From positions 37,448,001 through 37,512,000 of the forward strand of contig CM097885.1 in the NCBI GenBank assembly GCA_044892525.1: DNA of 64,000 nt. Reading direction: 5' to 3'. Positions 51,950-62,790 of the stretch are shown here, piece after piece; position 1 is the first letter of the stretch, and each line of letters begins with the position of its first letter. Both the position numbers and the translations under genes were made by a program. The notes under the pieces are model-generated. The model was given only the letters and a program-made list of their open reading frames with translations, searched no databases and was not told the DNA's origin. This DNA is from Schmidtea polychroa. Its lineage: Eukaryota.

Positions 51950-52330
51950 TGTTTACTAATATTAATCAATTGCTTCAGTCGATAGTGATCAGGAACTTGA
52001 AAATGGAGATGAAGGACAGTCATTCCAATGTATGTGGCATTGCACCCATGACATAAATATTCATAACCAAGATCCGAAAACCATCTAAGTAAGAATTGAA
52101 ATCCACAAATAAACACGAAGTTTAAAAAACAGGAATTAGATACCACCTTCCAACGTTGAAATGTAAGCCTAAACAAAAAACTGTGCTTGCTGATATAAAT
52201 CAATTTCCTCAGTCGACAGTTATCCAGAACTTGAGAACGGAAATGACGGGCAGTCATTCCAATGTATGTGGCATTGCACCCATGACATATATATTCAAAA
52301 CCAAGATCTAAACACCATCTAATCAAAAAC
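51950..52330 (-). mobile_element. Penelope-like GIY-YIG endonuclease remnant, tandemly duplicated (234-bp period)
   Basis: Two in-frame copies: FEYICHGCNATYIGMTARHFRSQV and YEYLCHGCNATYIGMTVLHLHFQV (CxxC-YIGxTxRH motif); anchors CAGTCATTCC at 52017 and 52251. Confidence 0.7.
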
Positions 52331-52794
52331 TGAAATAGACAAACTTCACAATTTATATCATACATATCCAATCAAATCACTGATAGTTTTTCTTTTATTA
52401 ATTTTTTACATATCTTCATCAATTACAAAGTGCTCCTATTGAGTATCGNNNNNNNNNNNNNNNNNNNNNNNNNNNNNNNNNNNNNNNNNNNNNNNNNNNN
52501 NNNNNNNNNNNNNNNNNNNNNNNNNNNNNNNNNNNNNNNNNNNNNNNNNNNNNNNNNNNNNNNNNNNNNNNNNNNNNNNNNNNATCATTATTATCAACAT
52601 CATCATCATTATTATTAGGGAATAACTGATTGTCGCTTTCCCGAAAGTTTTAAATTTACAACATACAAATGCAATAGCACCATTGTCCTTCGAGTAGATA
52701 CAAAACTTTAGAATAGTTTTCTATCAAGAAATAAAAAAAATAAACACAATCCAAGTTTTACAGCTCCTTGATGTCTTGAATGCATATTTTTTCT

Positions 52795-52870
52795 TCCTCA
52801 TTTTACCTGTAACTGTGACGACAGCAGAAAAGTAGTTTTTCAAGTTAAAGCTCATTAAAAAATATCTGCG
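52795..52870 (+). pseudogene. hAT dimerization-domain relic (continues at 53739-53756 and 58341-58390)
   Basis: LILPVTVTTAEK*FFKLKLIKKYLR; across the two insertions it resumes as NERVKIMDVDELVKFF. Confidence 0.6.
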
Positions 52871-53738
52871 TATTAGGATACCTAAATAATAAAGTGAAAT
52901 AATTTATAAAGTGAAAAATGGGGGGTGAAGATAGAAAATAAAAGTATCTGGTTCCAAAATTTCTGAGAAGCAAGAGCGAAGAAAGAAATAGAAAAATGAA
53001 AAGGAAATGTAAAAAAATCAATAAAATCAAACAATAAAATACGACAAGGTTGTTCTTATTAGCAGGTACAAATAAAAAAAAGGAAAAGAAAACAAAATCG
53101 AAATAGAATTATGATATCTCGTAAGATTGTCTGAGAAAAAGAAAATGGATTACCGGAGAAATTAGAAAATAATACATTTTAAAATTATATATCTCGACAG
53201 TTGTCAGAGATAATATGAAAATTTGGGTCGATCCAAGAGGATGTCCTGGATGTTAAAATAATTATTTATAAGTGTTATTGGATGGCAGATTATAAAAACA
53301 AAACTAAGTTGGATTCGGGACAGAATTTGTAAAGAAAAAACGAAAAGCAGTTTAAATTTTGGAATTTCCTGAGAAAATATTGTCAGATTGTAAAAGCAAT
53401 CTAAAAAATTAAAGTTATTATTCGTGAATATCAAATAATTTCAAGTTAAATCCAGGATAGTAACTAGACCGATTCTATCGATTGTCAAAACCAGAATGAT
53501 TGTGAATTCTGAGCTGCGTTACAGACGTGTTATTCTTCCAAAGAAGTTGTACTAAGCACTCAAGTCATTATTGTAATATTGTATTATTGGTGTCGCTGTA
53601 AATTGGTAATCAATTGTGTTCATCAATAAAAGTTACTTAAAGTTGCTTAGAATTCGTCATTGTTGTTGTAACCAAATAATATAGGCTTGGAGTTAGATCA
53701 ATAATTGTTAATTTCATATTTTATCGACCACTCCAACA
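52871..53738 (+). mobile_element. LTR-like insertion in the hAT relic
   Basis: Ends CACTCCAACA, as 14938-15775 does, and interrupts the hAT reading frame. Left boundary and TSD are uncertain. Confidence 0.35.
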
Positions 53739-53756
53739 AAACGAACGCGTAAAGAT

Positions 53757-53991
53757 TATTAGGAGGTTCATCCTGTAAAACATTAAAATCAGTTTTTGTT
53801 TCCATAAATTTTATTTCAATAAATATCAAAATCAAATTATATCTTCTTTAATCTTTCTTATTTAAACAAATTTTCTACGAAGATATTTTTAATTAAAATA
53901 TCTTCTTATTTTGTTTTTTTAAAAATTAATCTAAACTTTAATTTTTAAAATTTTCAATTAAAAAATTTCTTCGTCATAAAACTTCCTCGTA
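53757..53991 (-). repeat. 3' LTR
   Basis: TACGAGG...CCTAATA on the minus strand, directly after the PPT. Confidence 0.95.
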
Positions 53992-54002
53992 TCCCCCTTC
54001 TT
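53992..54002 (-). other. Polypurine tract
   Basis: AAGAAGGGGGA abutting the 3' LTR. Confidence 0.9.
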
Positions 54003-54235
54003 AAGAAATTTTTAAGTTTTTCCACATTTCTTTCGATCCTTTTTCCATCTTCATTTCTTAAGATGTATCGTCTGTCATGCACTTTCTCTATCACTTTGTA
54101 CGGACCTTCATACCTGTCCTGGCCTTTGTGGCGTGTTTCTACTTTTACTAATACTTCTTCTCCTACATTGAATTTTCTCCTTGTTTGTTCTTCTAGTTCT
54201 TCCTTTATCGGTATTTCTTTGGACCCGTACCATTT

Positions 54236-57046
54236 TTACCTGCTAATCTTTTTTCCAAAAACTATCTCTGCCGGGCTTTTCCCTGTCGTTTTTTGTTTGG
54301 TTGCATTTAAAGTGAATTCGACTTCTGGTAATATCTCTGCCCAATCCGTTTTCTTTCTATCCTGTAAAGTAGCATTTATCAAATCCCGTATTGTCCTGAA
54401 TTGTCTTTCTATCTGACCGTTTGTTTGGTGATGGTATGGACTCGAAAAACATAATTTAATATCTAGCATCTTTGTGAATTCTCTCATCATTCCTGATTCA
54501 AACGCCTTTCCGCAATCAACTCTTATCTCCTTTGGGCATCCAAATCTTAAAATCCACTTTTCTAAAATCGTTTTCTTTATTGTTTCTTCGTCTTGTTTTG
54601 TTATCGCTGTCAAGACTTGATACTTACTATACTGATCTATTATGCCCAATATATACTTCTTACGTCCTTTTGTTTCTGCCAACGGTTCACATATATCCAC
54701 GAATATAATTTCGAACATTTCCTTCGAATCTTGTCTTTTTACTGGTTCTTTCGTTGTTATTGTTAAAGCCTTGGTTTTTTGACAAATCTCACAACTTCGA
54801 ACAATCTCCTGAATCTGACTCCACAGGTGTTTTCCAACATATCTATCTTTCATATAATCGGCTATCTTCTTGACTCCAGCATGACACAATAGTCTATGTA
54901 TTTCCTTTATTGTTTCTTGTAACTCATTTTCAGGTATCATCGTTTTCTTTCGTACTTCTTCTACAATTCCATGTTGGATGTTGCTTCTTCCCTCTTCTCT
55001 GATCGAGTCTAATAATCTTGTTTTTATCTTTCCTTTCTTAGCTTCTTCGTGGGCCATTTGACATTGAACACACGTGTCACATTTAGTTCTCGACACCATG
55101 TCTGCATTTTGGTGATTAATACCCTTTCTGTATTCTACTCTTATATCTAAACTGCTCAAATAATTGATCCATGTTTGGAATTGTGAAGTAATCGGCTTCT
55201 TGGTTGTCATCATAAACGTGATTGCCTTGTGGTCTGTCCTGAGCGTGAATCTTCTTCCGTAGAGATAGTGCTTAAAATGAATGCAAAAATAATATACCGC
55301 CAATAGTTCCTTTCTTGTAATACAATATCCTTTCTCGTGGCTCGTCATCGAGTGTGATCCATACGCAATTACTCTTTCCTTTCCATCTTTATCTCTTTGT
55401 GAAAGTACTGCTCCAATGGTATCGAAACTAGCGTCGGTATCTAAAATGAACTTCTTTTTCAGATCCGGAAAACATAAGATTGGCGCCGTCGTGAGTGCTA
55501 ATTTCAATCCCTCAAACACGCTATTCGTTCCTTCACTCCATTCTAATTTTTTGTTACTTGGTACGCTACATAATTGTTCTAACATCCTTGCCTTCTTTGC
55601 ATAATCACTGATGAATCTTCTATAATAATTGCAAATACCTAAAAAGCTTCGGAGTTTCTTTACGCAATTAGGCTTCCCAAAGTTCTGTATGGCCTGAATT
55701 TTAGCTGGATCTGTCTGTACTCCTTCCTTGCTGATTATGTGTCCTAAGAATCTGATTTCTTCCTTTATTATTTGGCATTTTTCTGGATTAATCCTTAGGC
55801 CTGCTTCCTCAATCGCCTTTAACACTTCTCCGAGTATTGTATAGTGTTTCTCTTTACTGCTTGAATAAATCAAGATGTCGTCCAAATACACCATTGCTCC
55901 CTTTATTTTGCCTAATACTTTTGTCATCATTTCTTGGAACGTACCTGGTGCTGCTGCAATTCCAAACGGCATTCTGTTGAAACAATATTGTCCGTTCTTT
56001 GTTGAGAAAGCTGTTTTCTCCTGTGATTCTTCTTCTAGTTCCACTTGGTAATATGCATTACCTAAATCGATTGAGCTGAAATAGACGGATCCTCCTAACA
56101 AATCCAACATCTCGTCTATGTTTGGCATTGGAAATGCCTGCCTCTCTGTTACCGCGTTCAGCTGTCTAAAGTCCAAGCATAGTCTAATATCCTTTTTCTC
56201 TTTTTTCCATACACATATTAGCGGTGTATTCCATGGAGAGTTACATTTCCGTATAATTCCATTTTCGTACAAATTTTGTATTGCTTCTTCAATATTTGAT
56301 TCCAAATTTAGTGGTTGGCGATATGGTTTTATGTTTATCGGCTCACCTCTTGTAACTATCTTGTGTTTTACCAAATGTGTGCGACCCACATCCCATTTAT
56401 CTGCCATAAACACGTTTCCACTGTTTGTTATAATTTCCTTTAATTTGCTATCTTCATTGATCTTTAACTGCTCCAACGCTCGTATCAATCGTTCTTCATC
56501 CTTTATTTTTCTGCCAAATTTTGCTTCAATGTTACAAATATAGTTCTTGTCTTTTTCACTAGCCTCGATATCTTTAATTTTTAACAGTCTAAATCCAAAT
56601 GTTTCTTGTAATTCGATTCCTCCAATCACGTCTGGTGTCACTTTCTCCGCCACAATGAATATAACTTCCTTCGAAACATTTCCAATGGTTACTTGCACCT
56701 TCGTTTTTCCTATTGTCTCGATCGTACTCTCGTTTGCGCATCGTAACTTATCGTCACTTTTCGTCAATTGTTGTCCTCGTAGCTTGTTGAAACAGTTCAC
56801 ACTCATTACATTGATTCTTGCCCCAGTGTCTAATAAACAGTCGAAATTTTCCCCATTCATCCTTACTGTTATGCTAGGCCTTCCTTGCATTCTGTTATAC
56901 AAAATTTCAACAACCTGCTCCGTTTCAATGGTTCCAATTCTTTCTACTTCCTCTTCAAACATTTCTCTCTTTAGGAACCTGTATACTTTCTCGCTTACCC
57001 TTCCAACATTCTCCCACTTTTCTGCCCCTTGAGGATATCCCATCAA
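54236..57046 (-). CDS. pol: Pol (PR-RT-RNaseH-IN); one premature stop before the integrase GPY/F region
   Basis: LLDTGA protease; YFSSIDLGNAYYQV and YLDDILIYS RT; DTDASF RNase H; H..H/CEIC and D-D-E integrase. After TAA (54238-54236) the same frame continues with DRYEGPYKV..KNFLRRG into the LTR. Confidence 0.95.
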   Translation of the reverse strand: MMGYPQGAEKWENVGRVSEKVYRFLKREMFEEEVERIGTIETEQVVEILYNRMQGRPSITVRMNGENFDCLLDTGARINVMSVNCFNKLRGQQLTKSDDKLRCANESTIETIGKTKVQVTIGNVSKEVIFIVAEKVTPDVIGGIELQETFGFRLLKIKDIEASEKDKNYICNIEAKFGRKIKDEERLIRALEQLKINEDSKLKEIITNSGNVFMADKWDVGRTHLVKHKIVTRGEPINIKPYRQPLNLESNIEEAIQNLYENGIIRKCNSPWNTPLICVWKKEKKDIRLCLDFRQLNAVTERQAFPMPNIDEMLDLLGGSVYFSSIDLGNAYYQVELEEESQEKTAFSTKNGQYCFNRMPFGIAAAPGTFQEMMTKVLGKIKGAMVYLDDILIYSSSKEKHYTILGEVLKAIEEAGLRINPEKCQIIKEEIRFLGHIISKEGVQTDPAKIQAIQNFGKPNCVKKLRSFLGICNYYRRFISDYAKKARMLEQLCSVPSNKKLEWSEGTNSVFEGLKLALTTAPILCFPDLKKKFILDTDASFDTIGAVLSQRDKDGKERVIAYGSHSMTSHEKGYCITRKELLAVYYFCIHFKHYLYGRRFTLRTDHKAITFMMTTKKPITSQFQTWINYLSSLDIRVEYRKGINHQNADMVSRTKCDTCVQCQMAHEEAKKGKIKTRLLDSIREEGRSNIQHGIVEEVRKKTMIPENELQETIKEIHRLLCHAGVKKIADYMKDRYVGKHLWSQIQEIVRSCEICQKTKALTITTKEPVKRQDSKEMFEIIFVDICEPLAETKGRKKYILGIIDQYSKYQVLTAITKQDEETIKKTILEKWILRFGCPKEIRVDCGKAFESGMMREFTKMLDIKLCFSSPYHHQTNGQIERQFRTIRDLINATLQDRKKTDWAEILPEVEFTLNATKQKTTGKSPAEIVFGKKISR

Positions 57047-57054
57047 ATTTTCTG

Positions 57055-58149
57055 TTAGAATATGGCTCCAACCAACTCCTCTACTGGTGGAGCCCTGTTG
57101 TTTGGGTACGTCTTCCTAAAATTATCTTCATTTGTCTCTACACACGATTCCCTTTCTTCTTCTTCCTCGATACCATTTATCCGACTGTATCTGTTTCTCG
57201 TGAATCTTTGTCTCTCCGTCGCTCTCCCGTACCTCATCTTTGTATAACACTCCTCGGATCTATGACCATTTCTGCTACATCTTTCACAACGTATTTCCTG
57301 ACACAATCTTCTTATATGACCTTCTTTCCCACACCCAAAACATCTTGGAGCTTTTTTATCTGGACAGTTTCTACTTATATGTCCGCTTCTATGACATGTC
57401 CAGCATTCTATTTTACCTTTTATTGGACAATCAATTTTCGTGTGTCCTATTTTGTGGCATAACCAGCATTCTGGCATTTCTCTTCGGATACTTTCTTCTC
57501 TCTGTTCTTTCTTCTTGTATTGTACTCTTCCCTGTGGTTCCTGATAGACCACTCTGGCGTAACTTTTTATACTGTTTATCTGCTCTCTTTGCTTGTCTAC
57601 TTTGTCCATCAGAGTTAGTGTTTCCTTTATTTCTTCTGTGCTTTTTATCTTCAGTAGTATCACTTCTTTCTCAACTTCTTTATTCTCCGCACATACTATT
57701 AACATCCTTGCTGTTAATTTCTCTTTGGTAAAGTCTTTATTTTCGAACAACCTATCAACAAGGTCCTCCACCTTTTTAAAATACGTTTCTATTTCTTCAC
57801 CCTTCCGCCTGTAATTCAACAAGTTTTGTAGATCCTTTAAAACATCTCTTTCACGATCGAATGCCAATCGCAACCTAGCCTGGAATCCTTCGGCTTTTTT
57901 CAGTGTTTTGGCGTACACTTCCAGGAGATCCTCATCAATCATGCAAGACGTTATTCTTTCCTGGTCTTTCTTCTGCGTGATTCCCTTGGCGTCGAAATAA
58001 ATTTCGCATCTTTTAATGAACTTTTCCAAATCGTCCCCTTGGCAGAATAGCTTTGGTAGCAATCTTTCGGTGATTGCGTCCGTGTTTACCGCTGCCACCA
58101 TATTAGGAGGTTCATCCTGTAAAACATTAAAATCAGTTTTTGTTTCCAT
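57055..58149 (-). CDS. gag: Gag with four CCHC zinc knuckles
   Basis: CWLCHKIGHTKIDC, CWTCHRSGHISRNC, CFGCGKEGHIRRLC, CERCSRNGHRSEEC. ATG is either at 58149 (inside the LTR) or at 58101-58099 (LTR/PBS junction). Confidence 0.92.
   Translation of the reverse strand: METKTDFNVLQDEPPNMVAAVNTDAITERLLPKLFCQGDDLEKFIKRCEIYFDAKGITQKKDQERITSCMIDEDLLEVYAKTLKKAEGFQARLRLAFDRERDVLKDLQNLLNYRRKGEEIETYFKKVEDLVDRLFENKDFTKEKLTARMLIVCAENKEVEKEVILLKIKSTEEIKETLTLMDKVDKQREQINSIKSYARVVYQEPQGRVQYKKKEQREESIRREMPECWLCHKIGHTKIDCPIKGKIECWTCHRSGHISRNCPDKKAPRCFGCGKEGHIRRLCQEIRCERCSRNGHRSEECYTKMRYGRATERQRFTRNRYSRINGIEEEEERESCVETNEDNFRKTYPNNRAPPVEELVGAIF
57064..57106 (-). promoter_or_regulatory. -1 programmed ribosomal frameshift signal
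   Basis: C CCA AAC heptamer in gag frame (57106-57100), 5-nt spacer, stem GGCTCCA..TGGAGCC; pol frame is -1 and opens just upstream of the heptamer. Confidence 0.75.
58088..58100 (-). other. Primer binding site, tRNA-Leu
   Basis: TGGTGGCAGCGGT, complementary to the ..ACCGCTGCCA-CCA 3' end of metazoan tRNA-Leu(AAG/TAG); no spacer after the LTR. Confidence 0.8.
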
Positions 58150-58335
58150 AAATTTTATTTCAATAAATATCAAAATCAAATTATATCTTCTTTAATCTTT
58201 CTTATTTAAACAAATTTTCTACGAAGATATTTTTAATTAAAATATCTTCTTATTTTGTTTTTTTAAAAATTAATCTAAACTTTAATTTTTAAAATTTTCA
58301 ATTTAAAAATTTCTTCATCATAAAACTTCCTCATA
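58101..58335 (-). repeat. 5' LTR
   Basis: TATGAGG...CCTAATA on the minus strand. Confidence 0.95.
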
Positions 58336-58587
58336 AAGATAATGGACGTTGATGAACTTGTTAAATTTTTTTATGGCAGAAGTGACACAGAAAGAAATTA
58401 TGAACATATTGTACAAATGTAAAGCATGATGTAGTTGAACAATCATATTAAACAATCAAATTGACTTAATTAAAGTGAAATGGATAATGGATATGAAGGT
58501 ACTTCAGAAATAATAGAGAAATAATCAAATGCCTTTAGAAAAGATGAAAGACAGAAATATAGAATATCTAAAAAGAATTTAAAATTT

Positions 58588-58956
58588 GAAATTTCGGTAC
58601 TTCCGTGTTATCTTACCCTCAAAAATTAAATTTAAAAAGAACACATATAATTATTATATTTATTTTCTAAATCACGTTACAAACTCAGCAAATGTTTGTA
58701 AAGAGTTTGCAAATGGTCATCCAGGTGGCCAGAAAACCACAATGTCGTTGAGAATAGTGTCGAACACATCGTCACTGTTGCTTAGAACACGTTTGCGCCA
58801 CATAAACTCACATAATCACATAATCACATAAATCACAGATTGCCTTAATAAATTCATGTTCAATAATGTATTCTCTCATTTTTTATATTGTTATTTTAAT
58901 TGTATTTTATAATTTAATTTTTGGGGGTAAGATAACACGGAAGTACCGAAATTTCT
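58588..58956. mobile_element. MITE with about 45-bp TIRs (TTAA-flanked on the right; Kolobok/piggyBac-like class uncertain)
   Basis: GAAATTTCGGTACTTCCGTGTTATCTTACCC(T/C)CAAAAATTAAATT inverted at both ends, one mismatch. Confidence 0.8.
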
Positions 58957-60844
58957 TTAAAAGGCATAGAGAGTAAAATGTATTTAAAAATATTTAAATT
59001 ATGTATGTTGAATGTGAATGATAATATTGCTCAATATATTATTAAAATATATTATTCACTTTTTTATACTGTAATGAATAAAACATTAAATCTTTTAAAA
59101 AAATACGATTAATTAATTTTTATATTATTAGAAAAAGAAATTCTGAAATCATTTCTTACTTTTTCAGTAGATAAAGTGTTTGAAGATATTAAAGAAAAAA
59201 AATTACATTTCTGGCTGCTCATTCCATTAATGAAAGCAAATCTCCCGTTCGACAAATACATATCTAACTTATCTTTTTCAAGGAAACAAAAACTTGATAG
59301 TAATATAATATGAAAACCGACGGAATGTATATTTCAACAATCTCTCATCAGTGAGATACAGCATCATTGCAATTGACACACTTGTTTAGCCGGGGGCACC
59401 GAAATCATTGAGCCAGAAACTGGCCGATCATCTAAAAGCGTATTAATCCAGTGGTCATTTTGCAGTAGACACTTTCAACTGATTTGCGTTCCGTAAAATA
59501 ACACTGTTAAGAAATGACTTGTAAATCACTCTAATTCACTTTGACTGACTACAACAACAGTAATGAGAGTTCTCCGTGTCTTAGTTTTTAAACCTGTCCC
59601 AAACAGACTTCATTTCATTATTGAATTATACCGATTTTAATTAAAACTTCTTGATATGTTGTGCGAGGGGAAAAAATTAAAAAATGTAAATTTCCAACTG
59701 GCTTTAATTGGCTAATGTAATTCACAGGTTATTTTTTTGTTTTAATTAACTCTAGTAAATGAAAATTTAAAATATTTTGGGACAAATATTATCGAGCATC
59801 TAAAAGAGAATCTAATTTAATTCCACAAAACGCTTCTAAAAAGGTTTCAACTTATTTTAATGTGAAAATTCTAAATGCATTATAAAACTCATTAAAAAGT
59901 AAAAATTTGAATTATAAAGAGTAACAGTAATATGGAGTAGGTCATGAGTTCGGGAAAGATCTCTGAACTTATTATAGAAATAGAAAACTTTACCTTTTTA
60001 TGATTAATATTATATTTTAGTATTCTTTTTAATCACGTCATACACTGTCAATAAATGGTATTTTAATCTCATAGGTCTTCTATAAGAACATTTATTTTGA
60101 AGTTTACATGTAACCCACCAAAAATATAAGATATAGGGATAAAGTTTTGATTAGATCTAAAAATGAAGATAAAATACAAAGCAGAATTTATGAATTTAAA
60201 TACTGATTGGGAAAATACTATTATTAAAATTTTTTAATGTCCACAATATTTTCAACAAGTGCCAAAAAAAAATTTTCTTAAATAAATAGTGCCAATTTAA
60301 AAAATTCAAATTTTTTATTAAAATCATTCATTAATATTATTGGCTAATTTTTTAAAATCAATTGGATAGCTATTTTAAGTTGAATATTTAAAGTTGAATT
60401 TAGTAATCGATTTCTGTGTTTATTTTTAATTATTTTCAAAGCTGATCTTTTTCGATTGTAGATTAATAATAAACAATAATTATTGATTTCAAGGTTAGGG
60501 TAATTGTTTCAAAAACTTTAACAAATATGGAAGTTTAAAGAGTGGCAATAAAAAAGCTAACGCGTGCCACACTTTTGGCACCACTCGTATAAGGGATGTG
60601 AGGATGACCGCAAATAATTATATAATATATTAAATTAAATTAAAACATGTAAGGAAATAATTATTGATGACGTACGAATTATTATTTAGATTTTGTATTT
60701 AAGAAAAATTTATATTATAAAGCTTGGTTTTATTCTTAACCAAAAGTATTACTCATTTTGACTGATGTTGGTATAAGTAGCCAAAGTACAAAAAACATTT
60801 TCTATTATTAAGCACACACAAAATAAAATTCATTATAATAAACA

Positions 60845-62684
60845 CGGTCCGTGACTATTCAGTCCCGACTGTTTCAGTACTGACCTTTTTAGTCCTAAGG
60901 CCTAATTTTGGATGAAACATTGTGACGAAAATAAAACGAAAACACGCTTAGACAAATGTAAACAAAAACATTAGTATTAGTAAATATTAGGAATTATTAA
61001 TATTTTTATTAATTTATTAATTCGCAAAACGTTAAATTTTAACTAAACTAACCGTCATGACTGATGATTTGAAGTCTCAACGAGGACGTAAGAAGTTGGC
61101 AGATGAAGGGCATCTTTTCAGCTTCCACAAAATGAGCGCAAACGGAGAAAAGAAGTTCTGGAGATGCGATAATCAGGGACAATGCAAAGCCCGGATTCAC
61201 ACTGATCTTAACGATGCCATAGTCAATAGAAGTGGGAGTCCCAGTCACGGAAGCAATGCTGCTCGAGTTGAAGTGGTTAAAGTTAAAACATCGATAAAGA
61301 GGCGAGCCGAGGAAACAATGGAACAACCTGCACAAATCATAAACCATGTCATCCAGGGCATCGATGAGTCAGATGCCAAATAAAGATGCAAACAGGAAGG
61401 TTATTCAAAGGATCAGAAATTGATTGGCCATGGCTCCAGCAAATCCAACCAACTTAACCGAACTAATAATTCCCGAGGAATATCAAATGTACGAGTCAGT
61501 TCCAGGAGAGCAGAAACTCTTTGTACTGGGTGACACAGGACAGGATGATGTTAACCGAATAATTCTATTTGGACGTGAAAGCCATATACGCTGGAGTCAG
61601 CCGATGGATGAAGTGTTCATGGAAGTGTTCAGTTTAGCTCCACCACTCTTTGAACAAGTCTTTGTGGTGTTGGCTAAATGTGGTAGATATTTCTTCCCTG
61701 TGCTGTATGCCCTCCTTGGGAACAAGCAGCAAGTTACACGCGATAGGTTGTTCAGAATCAATAAAGAACTCTGGCCTCAATTCAATCCATCGTTCATCTC
61801 ACTTGACTTCGAAATGGCTGTTATAAACGCAGTCCGTGCTAATTTCCCTTCAGCTGTTCTCCGAGGATGCCTGTTCCACTTAATGAAGAACTTTAGAGTA
61901 CATTTACGCACTGAAGGTTTGCTTAATCATTACGATAATGATGTGATGTTTTCACTGCAGGCCAGGATGATCATTGCTATTGCATTCGTCCCCATCGTCA
62001 ACCTAGATGTCGCTTCCGATACACTCACATAAAAACTTCCTGATGAACTACAGCCCATCCTCAATTGGCTCGAAGATAGTTACCTTGGTAGACGCTTTGG
62101 AGGCAATCGCATACGACGTGCTCCTTGCTTTCCGCCCCCATTGTGGAATGTCTATAATCGCGTTCTAAATAACCAGGACCGCACAAACAATCACGCGGAG
62201 GCTGCACATCGAAGACTTTAGACGGAGCTCGACGTTTCTCATCCTTCAATTTGGCGCTTTATTGACGGGCTGCGACGTGTCCAGAAGGGCGCGATGTCGT
62301 CTACGAGGCGTATGTGGCAGGCACTTCAGCACCGGCAAAGAGACGCAAGTACATACAAGCTGATGATAGAATTTAGACATCGTAGAGTATCTTCGGGGAT
62401 TGGTGCACAATTTCATAATGCAATAACTTTGAAAGTTTTCATCTAGATGTATTTTATTACGTTATTATGTAATTAAATGTTATTAAAAGTTTCATTTACC
62501 TATTTTATTGATATTTTTTATTGATATTTTTTATGCTAATACTTTGAGAGTTTTTATGTAGATTTTGTTTATCAACATATATAAAATTTATTTGAATTTG
62601 TTTGGGACTTAAGCAGACGGGACTGACTCGGATGGGACTGATTTGAACAGGACTGAATCGGTGGGACTGAAATGTCCCGCTCCG
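60845..62684 (+). mobile_element. MULE (FLYWCH-type) DNA transposon, 1840 bp
   Basis: Perfect 9-bp TSD TAATAAACA (60836-60844, 62685-62693); imperfect TIRs CGGTCCGTGAC/CGGAGCGGGAC with TTCAGTCC subterminal repeats. Confidence 0.92.
61057..62420 (+). pseudogene. MULE transposase pseudogene
   Basis: FLYWCH-like GHLFSF..FWRC..CKARIH; APPLFEQ; SLDFEMA; GCLFH; PPPLWNVY..RTNNHAEAAHR; HPSIWRFI. Interrupted by stops (61381, 62030) and frameshifts. Confidence 0.9.
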
Positions 62685-62744
62685 TAATAAACATATATGT
62701 ATCGCTAGAAAAGTCATTACAAAAAATTGATGAATTAATGATAA

Positions 62745-62790
62745 AAAGTAAAACCAGTCATTTTGACTGGTCTGGTAATTCTAATGTTAA
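62745..62790 (-). mobile_element. piggyBac-like terminus
   Basis: Minus strand TTAA|CATTAGAATTACCAGACCAGTCAAAATGACTGG with internal palindrome. Partner end not confidently found. Confidence 0.35.

Larger units (their letters stand above)
53757..58335 (-). mobile_element. Near-intact Ty3/Gypsy LTR retrotransposon, 4579 bp
   Basis: 235-bp LTRs (58101-58335, 53757-53991) with 3 differences; 5-bp TSD AAGAT (53752-53756, 58336-58340); PBS, PPT, gag and pol all present. Confidence 0.97.

Noticed and set aside
54063-57814. Plus-strand ORFs antisense to gag/pol (e.g. 56547-57032, 57240-57731)
   Set aside because: Shadow frames of a purine-rich coding strand; no motifs and no independent support.
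58088-58100. tRNA gene
   Set aside because: Only 13 nt complementary to a tRNA 3' end including CCA; it is a PBS and there is no cloverleaf.
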